Source: an archaeon BMS3Abin16 (GTDB lineage Archaea; Hydrothermarchaeota; Hydrothermarchaeia; Hydrothermarchaeales; SZUA-236). Taken from it: a DNA stretch of 33,485 bases. The notes below the pieces were generated by a model, which saw only the letters and a list, made by a program, of their open reading frames with translations, searched no databases and was not told where the DNA came from. The stretch lies in the NCBI GenBank assembly GCA_002923215.1, contig BDTI01000175.1:1-33485 (forward strand), in the 5' to 3' direction. How positions within the stretch are numbered: position 1 is the first letter of the stretch; each line of letters opens with the position of its first letter. Made by a program: the position numbers and the translations under genes. Shown piece after piece: positions 18,392 to 25,967 of the stretch.

Positions 18392-19118
18392 ATACAGTTC
18401 TCTCAGACAGAGGGATCTGCTGCTTGAAGGGTATAAAGCAGGGGCAACATCGATTGCAGGTCTTATCGCCTTTGGACGGGGCGAAGCCTTTGATTATCTT
18501 CTGGGCGAGAAAACCCCAAAGTCTGCGCTTCCGGCGATTGAAGCGTCTGCCGCGCTTCTTTTAACTGCTGAAAAACCGGTGATCTCGGTGAATGGTAATA
18601 CCACTGTATTATGTCCGCGCGAGCTTGTTGAACTCGCATCCACCCTTGGCGCAAAGCTTGAGATCAACCTTTTTTACAGGACAGAAGAACGGATTAAAGT
18701 GATTGAAACACTTCTTCGGCGAAACGGCGCAGACAAAGTTTACGGCGCGAGGCCTGACACCGAGGTTGCGGGGCTTGAAAGCGAGAGGCGGCGAGTCGAT
18801 TCAAAGGGCATAGCAAGCGCAGATGTAGTATTTGTGGCTCTTGAAGACGGCGACCGCACAGAGGCGCTTGTAAAGTCAGGAAAAAAGGTTATCGCCCTTG
18901 ATCTCAACCCACTCTCCCGCACCGCAAAAACCGCAGACATAACAATCGTTGATAACATCATCCGGGCTGTTCCTCTGCTTATAGAGACAGTGAAAAAACT
19001 GAAACACACCGATAAAGCTGAGCTTGAAAAAATAGTCTCAAACTATGACAACCAGAAAATCCTTAAGTCAGCAGTCACCGAAATACAGAGGAGCCTGAAA
19101 AAATCATCCACCCAGTAA
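18369..19118 (+). CDS. 4-phosphopantoate--beta-alanine ligase (archaeal phosphopantothenate synthetase)
   Basis: IPKSHPRY.SL, GRGEAFDYLLGE, ISVNGN, LEDGDRTEAL, DLNPLSRT. Confidence 0.93.
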   Translation: MIPKSHPRYSSLRQRDLLLEGYKAGATSIAGLIAFGRGEAFDYLLGEKTPKSALPAIEASAALLLTAEKPVISVNGNTTVLCPRELVELASTLGAKLEINLFYRTEERIKVIETLLRRNGADKVYGARPDTEVAGLESERRRVDSKGIASADVVFVALEDGDRTEALVKSGKKVIALDLNPLSRTAKTADITIVDNIIRAVPLLIETVKKLKHTDKAELEKIVSNYDNQKILKSAVTEIQRSLKKSSTQ

Positions 19119-19124
19119 AAAAAG

Positions 19125-19496
19125 TCATCCTTCGAGAAGCCATCTCACGGTTTCAACCAGCTTCGCCCGTGAAATCGGCTTGTTCAAATGCCAGTTCGCA
19201 TGGGCAGACTCAAGACTCATAAGAGCGTCCATCGTCGTGGTCTTCGCTGTGAGCATGCAGATGATAATGTCTTTGAGCTTCTCATTTTCCTTGATCCGCC
19301 GTGAAACCTCCCAGCCATCCATTTCAGGCATCATAATATCTAGCAGGATAAGATCCGGCTTCACACCGCTGTAGAGAAGTCCGAGACACTCCTCACCGCT
19401 TGCCGCGGTTGTTACACTATGCCCCTCAGCCTCTAATGTGATCTTAACAAGAGTTGTTATCTCAGGATTGTCGTCTACAACCATAATATTTGCCAT
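19125..19496 (-). CDS. Stand-alone response-regulator receiver protein
   Basis: VVDD, DLILLDIMMPEMDG, MLTAK, NKP. SD AGGTGA before ATG 19496. Confidence 0.92.
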   Translation of the reverse strand: MANIMVVDDNPEITTLVKITLEAEGHSVTTAASGEECLGLLYSGVKPDLILLDIMMPEMDGWEVSRRIKENEKLKDIIICMLTAKTTTMDALMSLESAHANWHLNKPISRAKLVETVRWLLEG

Positions 19497-19509
19497 AATA
19501 ATTTCACCT

Positions 19510-19842
19510 TTATCTTGTGAGTTTAACACCCCAGTAAAATGCCACAAAAATCGCCACTAGCAAGAGTGGGATCACGATAAATGGGGATCTTGCGATTTCA
19601 ACTGCCTGGGCGAGTACAGTTCCCGCCGTGCCTGTGACTATGCCTGTGTCCACCTCTGACTGCCGACCGCTGTATTCACTCCAAACCAGAAAGAGCGCTC
19701 CAATCATCAAAACACCCGCAAAGAGTGTGAAAAGCGTTTTTCGACCTCTCTGCCCCTTTAAAACCTGAGACTCACATTCCATGCATAGAGGAGACCCTTG
19801 CGTAGATTTGCCACATATCTGACACTTATTCATAGGCTTCAT
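19510..19842 (-). CDS. Small membrane protein with N-terminal CxxC..CxxC zinc finger and two TM helices
   Basis: CQICG..LCMEC, two hydrophobic segments, ATGA overlap with the upstream gene. Confidence 0.7.
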   Translation of the reverse strand: MKPMNKCQICGKSTQGSPLCMECESQVLKGQRGRKTLFTLFAGVLMIGALFLVWSEYSGRQSEVDTGIVTGTAGTVLAQAVEIARSPFIVIPLLLVAIFVAFYWGVKLTR

Positions 19843-20234
19843 TTTTTATTGAGATAATAATAGACTGTTGTAAGCGGTATGCCGAGGTCCTTTGAAATCT
19901 TCTTTGCACTGTAGCCTTTTTTCTTCAAGCCATATATGCCGTCGATCTTTGTATCAGCATGCATCCTGGGCCTACCCGGTGTGAGCAGAAGCGCTTCAAA
20001 CTTTACACCCACCTTTGAAAGGGCTTCTTTAATCTTTCGCGGCGTGCGCTCAAAAAGGCTCGGCGGACATGTGATAAGCTTAATCTTCGGAGCAGCGGTA
20101 AGAATAGATGCAACAATATTTATTGTCGGCCGAACGCTGAGATGCACCTTCTGAACATCAACATTTAGCTTGTCCTTAATCTCCTGCAGAAGAACCTCGT
20201 TTTGACTCGACCGAAGAACAATAATCTCCTCCAT
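19839..20234 (-). CDS. DUF1699-like protein with C-terminal HTH
   Basis: VHLSVRPT..P.I..I.CPPSL..T, then GRPR..GYSAKKISKDLGIPLTTVYYYL. Confidence 0.7.
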   Translation of the reverse strand: MEEIIVLRSSQNEVLLQEIKDKLNVDVQKVHLSVRPTINIVASILTAAPKIKLITCPPSLFERTPRKIKEALSKVGVKFEALLLTPGRPRMHADTKIDGIYGLKKKGYSAKKISKDLGIPLTTVYYYLNKK

Positions 20235-20293
20235 AACATCTAATTCAAGTAGAGGTATAAAAATTTATTGTAAACACAACTGGCGTCAAGACC

Positions 20294-20359
20294 AAAAAAT
20301 AAAAATATGAAAGTGCCCCTCCGCCACCAGCTAATCACCGGGTGAAGCTTGAAAGGACA
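20294..20359 (-). terminator. Hairpin plus U-tract downstream of cdhD
   Basis: Minus-strand UGUCCUUUC (20359-20351) pairs with GGAGGGGCA (20322-20314) using G-U pairs, has an internal stem, and is followed by UUUUUAUUUUUU. Confidence 0.5.
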
Positions 20360-20363
20360 GATT

Positions 20364-21515
20364 TTAAACTGTCAGCCAATCCTCATAACGGACATTACGC
20401 GACTTCTTCTCACCCGTCATGCTGAGGATAATGTCTTTAACCGTTTTCACAGCCAGGGGATGAAGCATCATCATAATATCAGCGCCTGCCATGAGAACCG
20501 CTGTACCGGTCACGATCTCCCAAAGCGGACCCCGATGCTCACGGGGGCCCCATGCATCGTTATTGAGCCATGACTCGCGGGCGCCCCAGGCATTTGTGAC
20601 ACCGCATGAAATCGGCATCTGAAGCTCTTCATCACCCTTAAGCGCTCCGATCTTCATACGCTCAATAATCGAATAAGTATAGTCAAGGCCGTAGCCAAGT
20701 GCGCCGGTGGTCGGGTCCTGCACGATCTGATCCTGAGTAAGCCCTTCATCAAACAAAAGCCTGTTCAAGCTTTTCTGATCATTGATATTCATCGAAGTCC
20801 ATGAGAGGACGTTGTGCTTGTATTTGATCGCGGCTTGAGCAATCTTTTTGTAATCAAGATCAAGGTTTGCCGATGCAAGCAGGCATCTTTCACCCTCAGC
20901 CGCTTCAGCGCATTTCTCAAGGACCAAGGGGTCTTTTTCAGGTGTGCCTGAGCCTCCGATGACAAGGGGAACGTCAACAGCTTGAAGCACGTCTTCAACG
21001 GTCTTCGCAGCCTCCCTGGGACTTGAATCCTGATTATTCGGGTCAGTGGACGTGAGATGAATCGTAACAAGATCAGCACCCATCTTAACAGCTTTCTTCG
21101 CCCACTCCGCCGGGTCGTGCCACACATCTTCCACATGCTCGCGAATCGCGCGGGGAAGCGGCGGCGCAACGTCAAAGACATCAAAGGTTACAACAGGCCG
21201 GTTCACAATCCCGCCTTCAAACCAGTAGAGCGATTTCTGAGCGCCAAGCTTGACAACATGCTTGCGAGTCCCACCTTCAGACTTTGTAGCGCCAAGCTGA
21301 ACCTCGGCAACACTTCCTTTGTACTCACGAATCGGGACTTTGTATTCAAGGGGCGCAAGCTCTGGCGAAACACCGACACCTGCCACACTGGGCATGCCAG
21401 ATGCGATCAGCGCCTGCTGCACCTTTAGTATAAGCTCCTCAGTATCAATAGTCACATTCTCAAGCTCAATCTCATCAGCACCAGCAAAAGACGAAAGTAA
21501 CTCCTCAAGATTCAT
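20364..21515 (-). CDS. cdhD: CO dehydrogenase/acetyl-CoA synthase delta subunit (corrinoid Fe-S protein small subunit)
   Basis: V.LGAT..EGGTR, DPAEWAKK, PLVIGGSG.PEKDP.VLEK.AE.AEGERCLLASA, DPTT.ALGYGLDY, NAWGARE, RGPLWE. Confidence 0.95.
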   Translation of the reverse strand: MNLEELLSSFAGADEIELENVTIDTEELILKVQQALIASGMPSVAGVGVSPELAPLEYKVPIREYKGSVAEVQLGATKSEGGTRKHVVKLGAQKSLYWFEGGIVNRPVVTFDVFDVAPPLPRAIREHVEDVWHDPAEWAKKAVKMGADLVTIHLTSTDPNNQDSSPREAAKTVEDVLQAVDVPLVIGGSGTPEKDPLVLEKCAEAAEGERCLLASANLDLDYKKIAQAAIKYKHNVLSWTSMNINDQKSLNRLLFDEGLTQDQIVQDPTTGALGYGLDYTYSIIERMKIGALKGDEELQMPISCGVTNAWGARESWLNNDAWGPREHRGPLWEIVTGTAVLMAGADIMMMLHPLAVKTVKDIILSMTGEKKSRNVRYEDWLTV

Positions 21516-21532
21516 AAGGGCTCATCTAAGCG

Positions 21533-22135
21533 TTATTCTATATAATTATTATTGTCACCGACGATTTCCTCTTCTTCCACATACCAGTCTCTGCTTGCCA
21601 TGTATCCTGCGATGAATCCGATGATAAGTCCTACGAGGTGTGCGAGAAAACCGGTTGCCGCTGCGAGGAAAAAGAAGACAAAGCCGTAGAGCATCGAGCT
21701 CCATATGCCGTTTGTGTAGACTCCGCGTTGAGCTGAGAGGTCTGCTCCAAGCAGGCCGTATATCGCGCCTGACGACCCGGCTGATATCGTGTCCAGAGGA
21801 TAGAGGAATGAGACAGATGTGGTTGCAAGTCCGAACAATAGGTAGAATAAAAGTGTTCGGCTTCGTCCGAATAGAGCTTCTGCCTTGGATCCGAAGAATG
21901 CGAGAAACAACATGTTATAGCCCAAGTGCGGGAAGTCGAAGTGTGTGAACATGTTCGTAACTATCTGATAGTACGCGCCTCCGAGAAACCGTTCAGTTAC
22001 AAAGCCGTATCGCTCCATGAGCCCTGTGTCGATTACCAGTATGTTACGACTCTGAATCGCGAGATAGATGTAGAATAGAATGTTAACTGTGAGCAAGGCA
22101 TATGTTACGATGGGCCGGGACTCGTCTCGCGACAT
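21533..22135 (-). CDS. Rhomboid-family intramembrane serine protease
   Basis: MFTH...HL.YNM, GSSGAIYG (Ser), AHLVGLIIG (His). Confidence 0.9.
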   Translation of the reverse strand: MSRDESRPIVTYALLTVNILFYIYLAIQSRNILVIDTGLMERYGFVTERFLGGAYYQIVTNMFTHFDFPHLGYNMLFLAFFGSKAEALFGRSRTLLFYLLFGLATTSVSFLYPLDTISAGSSGAIYGLLGADLSAQRGVYTNGIWSSMLYGFVFFFLAAATGFLAHLVGLIIGFIAGYMASRDWYVEEEEIVGDNNNYIE

Positions 22136-22140
22136 AAGTT

Positions 22141-22890
22141 TTACGACGCGCCTGTTAGCCTATCCTTTATCTTCAGTATTTCAACTAGCGCCGGTGAGTC
22201 CGGGGGAAGCTCTGGAAGCGGCCGCCCAGTGTAGTCAAACTCCAAAACATTTCGATCCTCAGGGATTGCGCCTAAAACTTCGAGTCCGAATGCTTCAAGC
22301 TCTTTTTTAATTCCCTCAGCCATACCGGGGTCTGCGCGGTTTATCACTACATAGAGTTTTTTGAAGTCAATGTCAAGGTCAGCGGCCAGGTTTTTTATCC
22401 GTTTTGCAGTCTCGATTCCTCGCTTCGATGTGTCGGTGACAACGATCATCGTGTCTACATCCTGCGTGGTCCTGCGTGAGAGGTGTTCAAGCCCGGCTTC
22501 GGTGTCGATTACCACGGTTTTGTAGCCTTTCGCCCACTTGTCAATAATCTCGCGCAGCATATGGTTTACAGCGCAGTAGCATCCGCTGCCCTCAGGTCGG
22601 CCCATGGCGAGTAGGTCGAAGTTATCAGTCTCCTCAATCGTGCCCAGTGTATGATATTCAAGGACGTCGTGGAGTGTTTTTCCCGGTGAGCGGTTTCGAG
22701 ATTCAAGTATTTCCTCGCGCACATCGCCAATCGTTTTTTCTACTTTGATCCCAAGTGCGTCGGGGAGGTTTGAATCCGGGTCTGCGTCGATTGCGAGGAG
22801 GTCCTGGTTTTCATCTGAAAATACTTTTACAAGCAGCGCTGAAAGCATGGTTTTGCCTACGCCGCCTTTACCTGAAACTGCGATTAACAT
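22141..22890 (-). CDS. cooC: CooC/AcsF-family Ni-insertion ATPase
   Basis: IAVSGKGGVGKT, IDADPDSNL, MGRPEGSGCYC, DTEAGLEHLSR. SD AGGTGA before ATG 22890. Confidence 0.9.
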   Translation of the reverse strand: MLIAVSGKGGVGKTMLSALLVKVFSDENQDLLAIDADPDSNLPDALGIKVEKTIGDVREEILESRNRSPGKTLHDVLEYHTLGTIEETDNFDLLAMGRPEGSGCYCAVNHMLREIIDKWAKGYKTVVIDTEAGLEHLSRRTTQDVDTMIVVTDTSKRGIETAKRIKNLAADLDIDFKKLYVVINRADPGMAEGIKKELEAFGLEVLGAIPEDRNVLEFDYTGRPLPELPPDSPALVEILKIKDRLTGAS

Positions 22891-23015
22891 ATTCTTTTTC
22901 ACCTGCCCTTGGATATTTAATCTGAACGATGAAAAAGGTTTTGGTAATAAAGGTGCTTTTGGCAGCCACATTTTTTAATCATGACTTCATTCAACATTTA
23001 CTGAGTGATTTGAAG

Positions 23016-23747
23016 ATGAATGCAGCAGATGAAATAATTGAGATTTTCACCTCAAAAGGGATCTCCCAAAATGCGAGGGCAGTGATTGTTACCTGTGTGG
23101 ACCCGGATTATAATGCAGCGTCACTAGCTGACGATGTGTCTGATGAGAGTTTAAAAACTCTGCTCGCCGGGCTTAAGGTCTGGTACGACTCATCAAATGT
23201 TCAGCAGGCAGCACCAGGTTGGACACAGTTTGCCATGGCATACACTGGGCGGGAAAAAGGATTTGTTGAGATAGATAAAAAGATGGTTAAAGACAGTCTT
23301 CAAAATGGCGTTGTCCAGATAGCTGTGGACACCAGGGGGAAAACTGTTGTCCTCGCCATCCCCGGCGACTGTTATGCATTTAATCTGAAGGGAGCTGGAT
23401 TTGCCTTTGGACAGCCGCATGCAGCAGGCCCGGATGCTGCAACAATGCTTTTACAAACTATTTTAGACTGTGCTGTTGATTGGGAGAATGGAGGGGTGAA
23501 TCTTGTTTTAATGGCGCACCCGGACTGCAGACTCTACGCATTTAACGAAGGAGACATTAAAGATGGCAAGAGTCTTTCTACAAACACATTCTTGGAAAGC
23601 ACATATCATAAATGCGAATCACACCTTAAAAACAGAGGCTTTCTGGACCTTTCAAAAGCTGTTTCACACCGACCTAATCTCAGGGTTTTAAAGGCTGTTC
23701 CAAACTACAGTGCGAACCGAACACCCTGCATCTCAGATCAGGGGTAG
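23016..23747 (+). CDS. Divergent beta-carbonic-anhydrase-like protein (putative)
   Basis: AVIVTCVDP (CxD) and LVLMAHPDCRLY (HxxC), with VVLAIPG between them. Spacing is unusually long. Confidence 0.5.
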   Translation: MNAADEIIEIFTSKGISQNARAVIVTCVDPDYNAASLADDVSDESLKTLLAGLKVWYDSSNVQQAAPGWTQFAMAYTGREKGFVEIDKKMVKDSLQNGVVQIAVDTRGKTVVLAIPGDCYAFNLKGAGFAFGQPHAAGPDAATMLLQTILDCAVDWENGGVNLVLMAHPDCRLYAFNEGDIKDGKSLSTNTFLESTYHKCESHLKNRGFLDLSKAVSHRPNLRVLKAVPNYSANRTPCISDQG

Positions 23748-23797
23748 ACCCTGGCTTGTGGAAAACTTTAAATGCGAGACTAGGTTAAAACAGATTT

Positions 23798-24076
23798 ATG
23801 CCGGTTTCAACTGAACTTCTGGAGATACTTGCCTGCCCGATTGACAAAAAAGACGTGGTTTATCACAGGGACTATGACTTCATATTCTGCGAGAAATGCG
23901 ATGTCCGCTATCCAGCTGACCGAGCGGAGGGCAAGGATGTTTGCGCTAAGTGCGGCGGCGATGCTGAAAAGATCAAATGTGACGTTCTGATATGCAGCGA
24001 GTGTAACAGGTGGTATCCGATTATCGATGACATCCCCCATATGCTTCCAGACGAGCTGCGGGAAGATCTGGTCTGA
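23798..24076 (+). CDS. Trm112-like methyltransferase activator with an extra zinc-knuckle insertion
   Basis: LLEILACPIDK ... LICSECNRWYPIIDDIPHMLPDELR. Confidence 0.85.
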   Translation: MPVSTELLEILACPIDKKDVVYHRDYDFIFCEKCDVRYPADRAEGKDVCAKCGGDAEKIKCDVLICSECNRWYPIIDDIPHMLPDELREDLV

Positions 24077-24217
24077 CTATCTATCGATTAGTTTTTCAAC
24101 ACTTGCATATATTTCTCTGCTCTTTTCGTTCAGATATGCCCACTTTTCAGGGAGCGTCATTTTTTCATATCTTTTCCAATCGATAGGTGAAGATTCGGTG
24201 GGTGCTATCTCACGCAT
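24077..24217 (-). CDS. Small hypothetical protein (46 aa), not in the ORF track
   Basis: MREIAPTESSPIDWKRYEKMTLPEKWAYLNEKSREIYASVEKLIDR*. Its stop abuts the Trm112 stop; TTTATAAA lies ~23 nt upstream of the ATG. Confidence 0.6.
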   Translation of the reverse strand: MREIAPTESSPIDWKRYEKMTLPEKWAYLNEKSREIYASVEKLIDR

Positions 24218-24239
24218 GTTGGAATATTCTAATTGCTAA

Positions 24240-24300
24240 TTTATAAATCTTTTCTTCTTTTGGTGTTTTACTATCAGATTTGGTAGAAATATATTAAATA
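24240..24300. promoter_or_regulatory. Divergent promoters with an imperfect palindrome (candidate operator)
   Basis: TTTATAAA 24240-24247 (minus gene); CTATCAGATTTGGTAG 24271-24286 (12/16 self-complementary); ATATTAAATA 24291-24300 (plus gene). Confidence 0.5.
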
Positions 24301-24330
24301 GCCTCTCCCCCTTTCAAAAATCAGATTAAC

Positions 24331-24603
24331 TTGAACGGAAATATCTTGAAGATACTCTCTCAAAAAGGCGTTTTAGAGATACTAGAAAACCTGGATAAAA
24401 AAAGGAGCCTCAAGTACAAAGAACTAGAGGAATTTGTAGGCAATCCCAGCACCACATCCAGAAGGCTAAACAGCCTTGAAAAAAAAGGCATAGTCGAAAG
24501 ACACGTATCATCTGAAAAATACCGGCCAGTCTACTACCAGCTAACAGACAAAGGAAGAAAGCTCCTATCCCACGTGCGAGAGTTGCGTGAAAACTACGGA
24601 TAA
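24331..24603 (+). CDS. HxlR/MarR-like winged-helix regulator
   Basis: LKYKELEE..NPSTTSRRLNSLEKKGIVER....RPVYYQLTDKGRKL; TTG start. Confidence 0.85.
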   Translation: MNGNILKILSQKGVLEILENLDKKRSLKYKELEEFVGNPSTTSRRLNSLEKKGIVERHVSSEKYRPVYYQLTDKGRKLLSHVRELRENYG

Positions 24604-24635
24604 GATTTAAAAGGCCGTCCAGCCTAACTCTTTCA

Positions 24636-24712
24636 CCGCTGTGATGAATGATGGGCAAACTGATTTTCCACACTTGATGGGAAAAGAGATGAACCCTATG
24701 AGCTCTGAGCGG
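24636..24712 (+). ncRNA. Box C/D guide sRNA, sR-tMet-like (predicted Cm34 of intron-containing pre-tRNA-Met)
   Basis: Terminal stem CCGC/GCGG; C box GTGATGA 24641-47; D' CTGA 24660-63; hairpin TTTTCC/GGAAAA; C' GAGATGA 24686-92; 12-nt guide ACCCTATGAGCT; D CTGA 24705-08; TATA-like TTTAAAA 24606-12. Confidence 0.85.
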
Positions 24713-24729
24713 ATTTAACCCTTCTACTT

Positions 24730-25197
24730 TTATTGGACTGCACCAAGTGATATCCGCTCGCAGATAAGCTCTCGCAGCGCGTCTGCAACCCTGCCGGGCA
24801 CAACCCCAAGCTCTGCGTCTGTAATCGAAAAAGCACACTTCAACACATTGATCCGAGACTCGTCAAGCACAATCTCAACCTCGCGCATCCCATGAGCATC
24901 AGAAAAACCAGGAGGAATCTCCGCTCCAAAGACTACAACATCCTGTGAACCATTAAGCCCGTACATCTCCAGCGCATGCTTGATCTGCCGCTGAGCCGAT
25001 GCCCATAAAAGAACCTCCACAAATATGTTAGCGCTGGTGTTACAGCCAGATTCAAAGGCGTACTCAGCCTTTTCAATGGCCAGCATGATATGCTCAAGCC
25101 CAAAGAGCAGAGAGGAGTCAACAACTTGAATACCAGGATATTTTTCAAGGATGTCTTTATTCACAGGAAGGTCACATCGATAAGCTTTTATCATCAT
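24730..25197 (-). CDS. cgi121: KEOPS subunit Cgi121
   Basis: HI.LA..KA..AF, EVLLWASAQRQIKHAL...G, F.I...EL, ERIS; ATGA-coupled to the upstream gene. Confidence 0.85.
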   Translation of the reverse strand: MMIKAYRCDLPVNKDILEKYPGIQVVDSSLLFGLEHIMLAIEKAEYAFESGCNTSANIFVEVLLWASAQRQIKHALEMYGLNGSQDVVVFGAEIPPGFSDAHGMREVEIVLDESRINVLKCAFSITDAELGVVPGRVADALRELICERISLGAVQ

Positions 25198-25967
25198 ATC
25201 TTCGCGTCCAATTGGCTGCCACCACAATTGCAGCTCCTCTTCTGATCATTCAAATCTTTCACCGCTGAAATAATCGTATTCTTCACAGCCCCCTGGTTTT
25301 GCTCGATTGTCATCTTCAGCTCCTCTACCGTAAGCGGATTATCTGTAAGCCCGCACCCATAGTTAGCCACCTGACAGATAGACGCATAACAAAGCCCTGC
25401 TTCACGAGCAAGCGCTGTCTCAGGACATCCCACCATACCCACTACATCACCTCCAAGCATACGCAGCATCTTGATTTCAGCCGGTGTTTCAAACCTGGGC
25501 CCTTCAGTGCACACATAAATCCCGTGACCGTGAACATGCTGAAAATTCTGGGCCGCGCTTTTTTCAAGGACAAATCGAACTTTAGAACAATAAGGTTCTG
25601 ACATGTCAACATGTACAGTTTCACTGTCAAAAAATGTTTGAGCCCGATTCTTCGAAAGGTCAATGAAATCATTGGGGATGAGAACGCTTCCAGGCTCAAT
25701 CTTCAGGTCAAGTGAGCCCACGGAGTTAATGGAGATAACCGCTTTCGCCTGGGCTGCCTGGATTGCCGCGATATTTTTTCGGTACTCCACCCGGTGCGGC
25801 GGGAGACTGTGGTCTTTTCCATGACGGCTGATAAACATGACCTCAACCCCACTCATCTTTCCGACAACAGCCTGGCATCGGCCGAAGGGTGTTTCAATCA
25901 CAATCTCCTCCTGACCATCTAGAAAATCAGGGTCATAAAATCCGGTTCCCCCGATGATTGCGATCAT
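25194..25967 (-). CDS. MTAP-family nucleoside phosphorylase, probably methylthioinosine-specific
   Basis: IIGGTG, RHG..H..PPH, EGPRFETPAE, VVGM. Specificity loop is VANYGCG (Asn) rather than VTDYD. Confidence 0.88.
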   Translation of the reverse strand: MIAIIGGTGFYDPDFLDGQEEIVIETPFGRCQAVVGKMSGVEVMFISRHGKDHSLPPHRVEYRKNIAAIQAAQAKAVISINSVGSLDLKIEPGSVLIPNDFIDLSKNRAQTFFDSETVHVDMSEPYCSKVRFVLEKSAAQNFQHVHGHGIYVCTEGPRFETPAEIKMLRMLGGDVVGMVGCPETALAREAGLCYASICQVANYGCGLTDNPLTVEELKMTIEQNQGAVKNTIISAVKDLNDQKRSCNCGGSQLDAKI

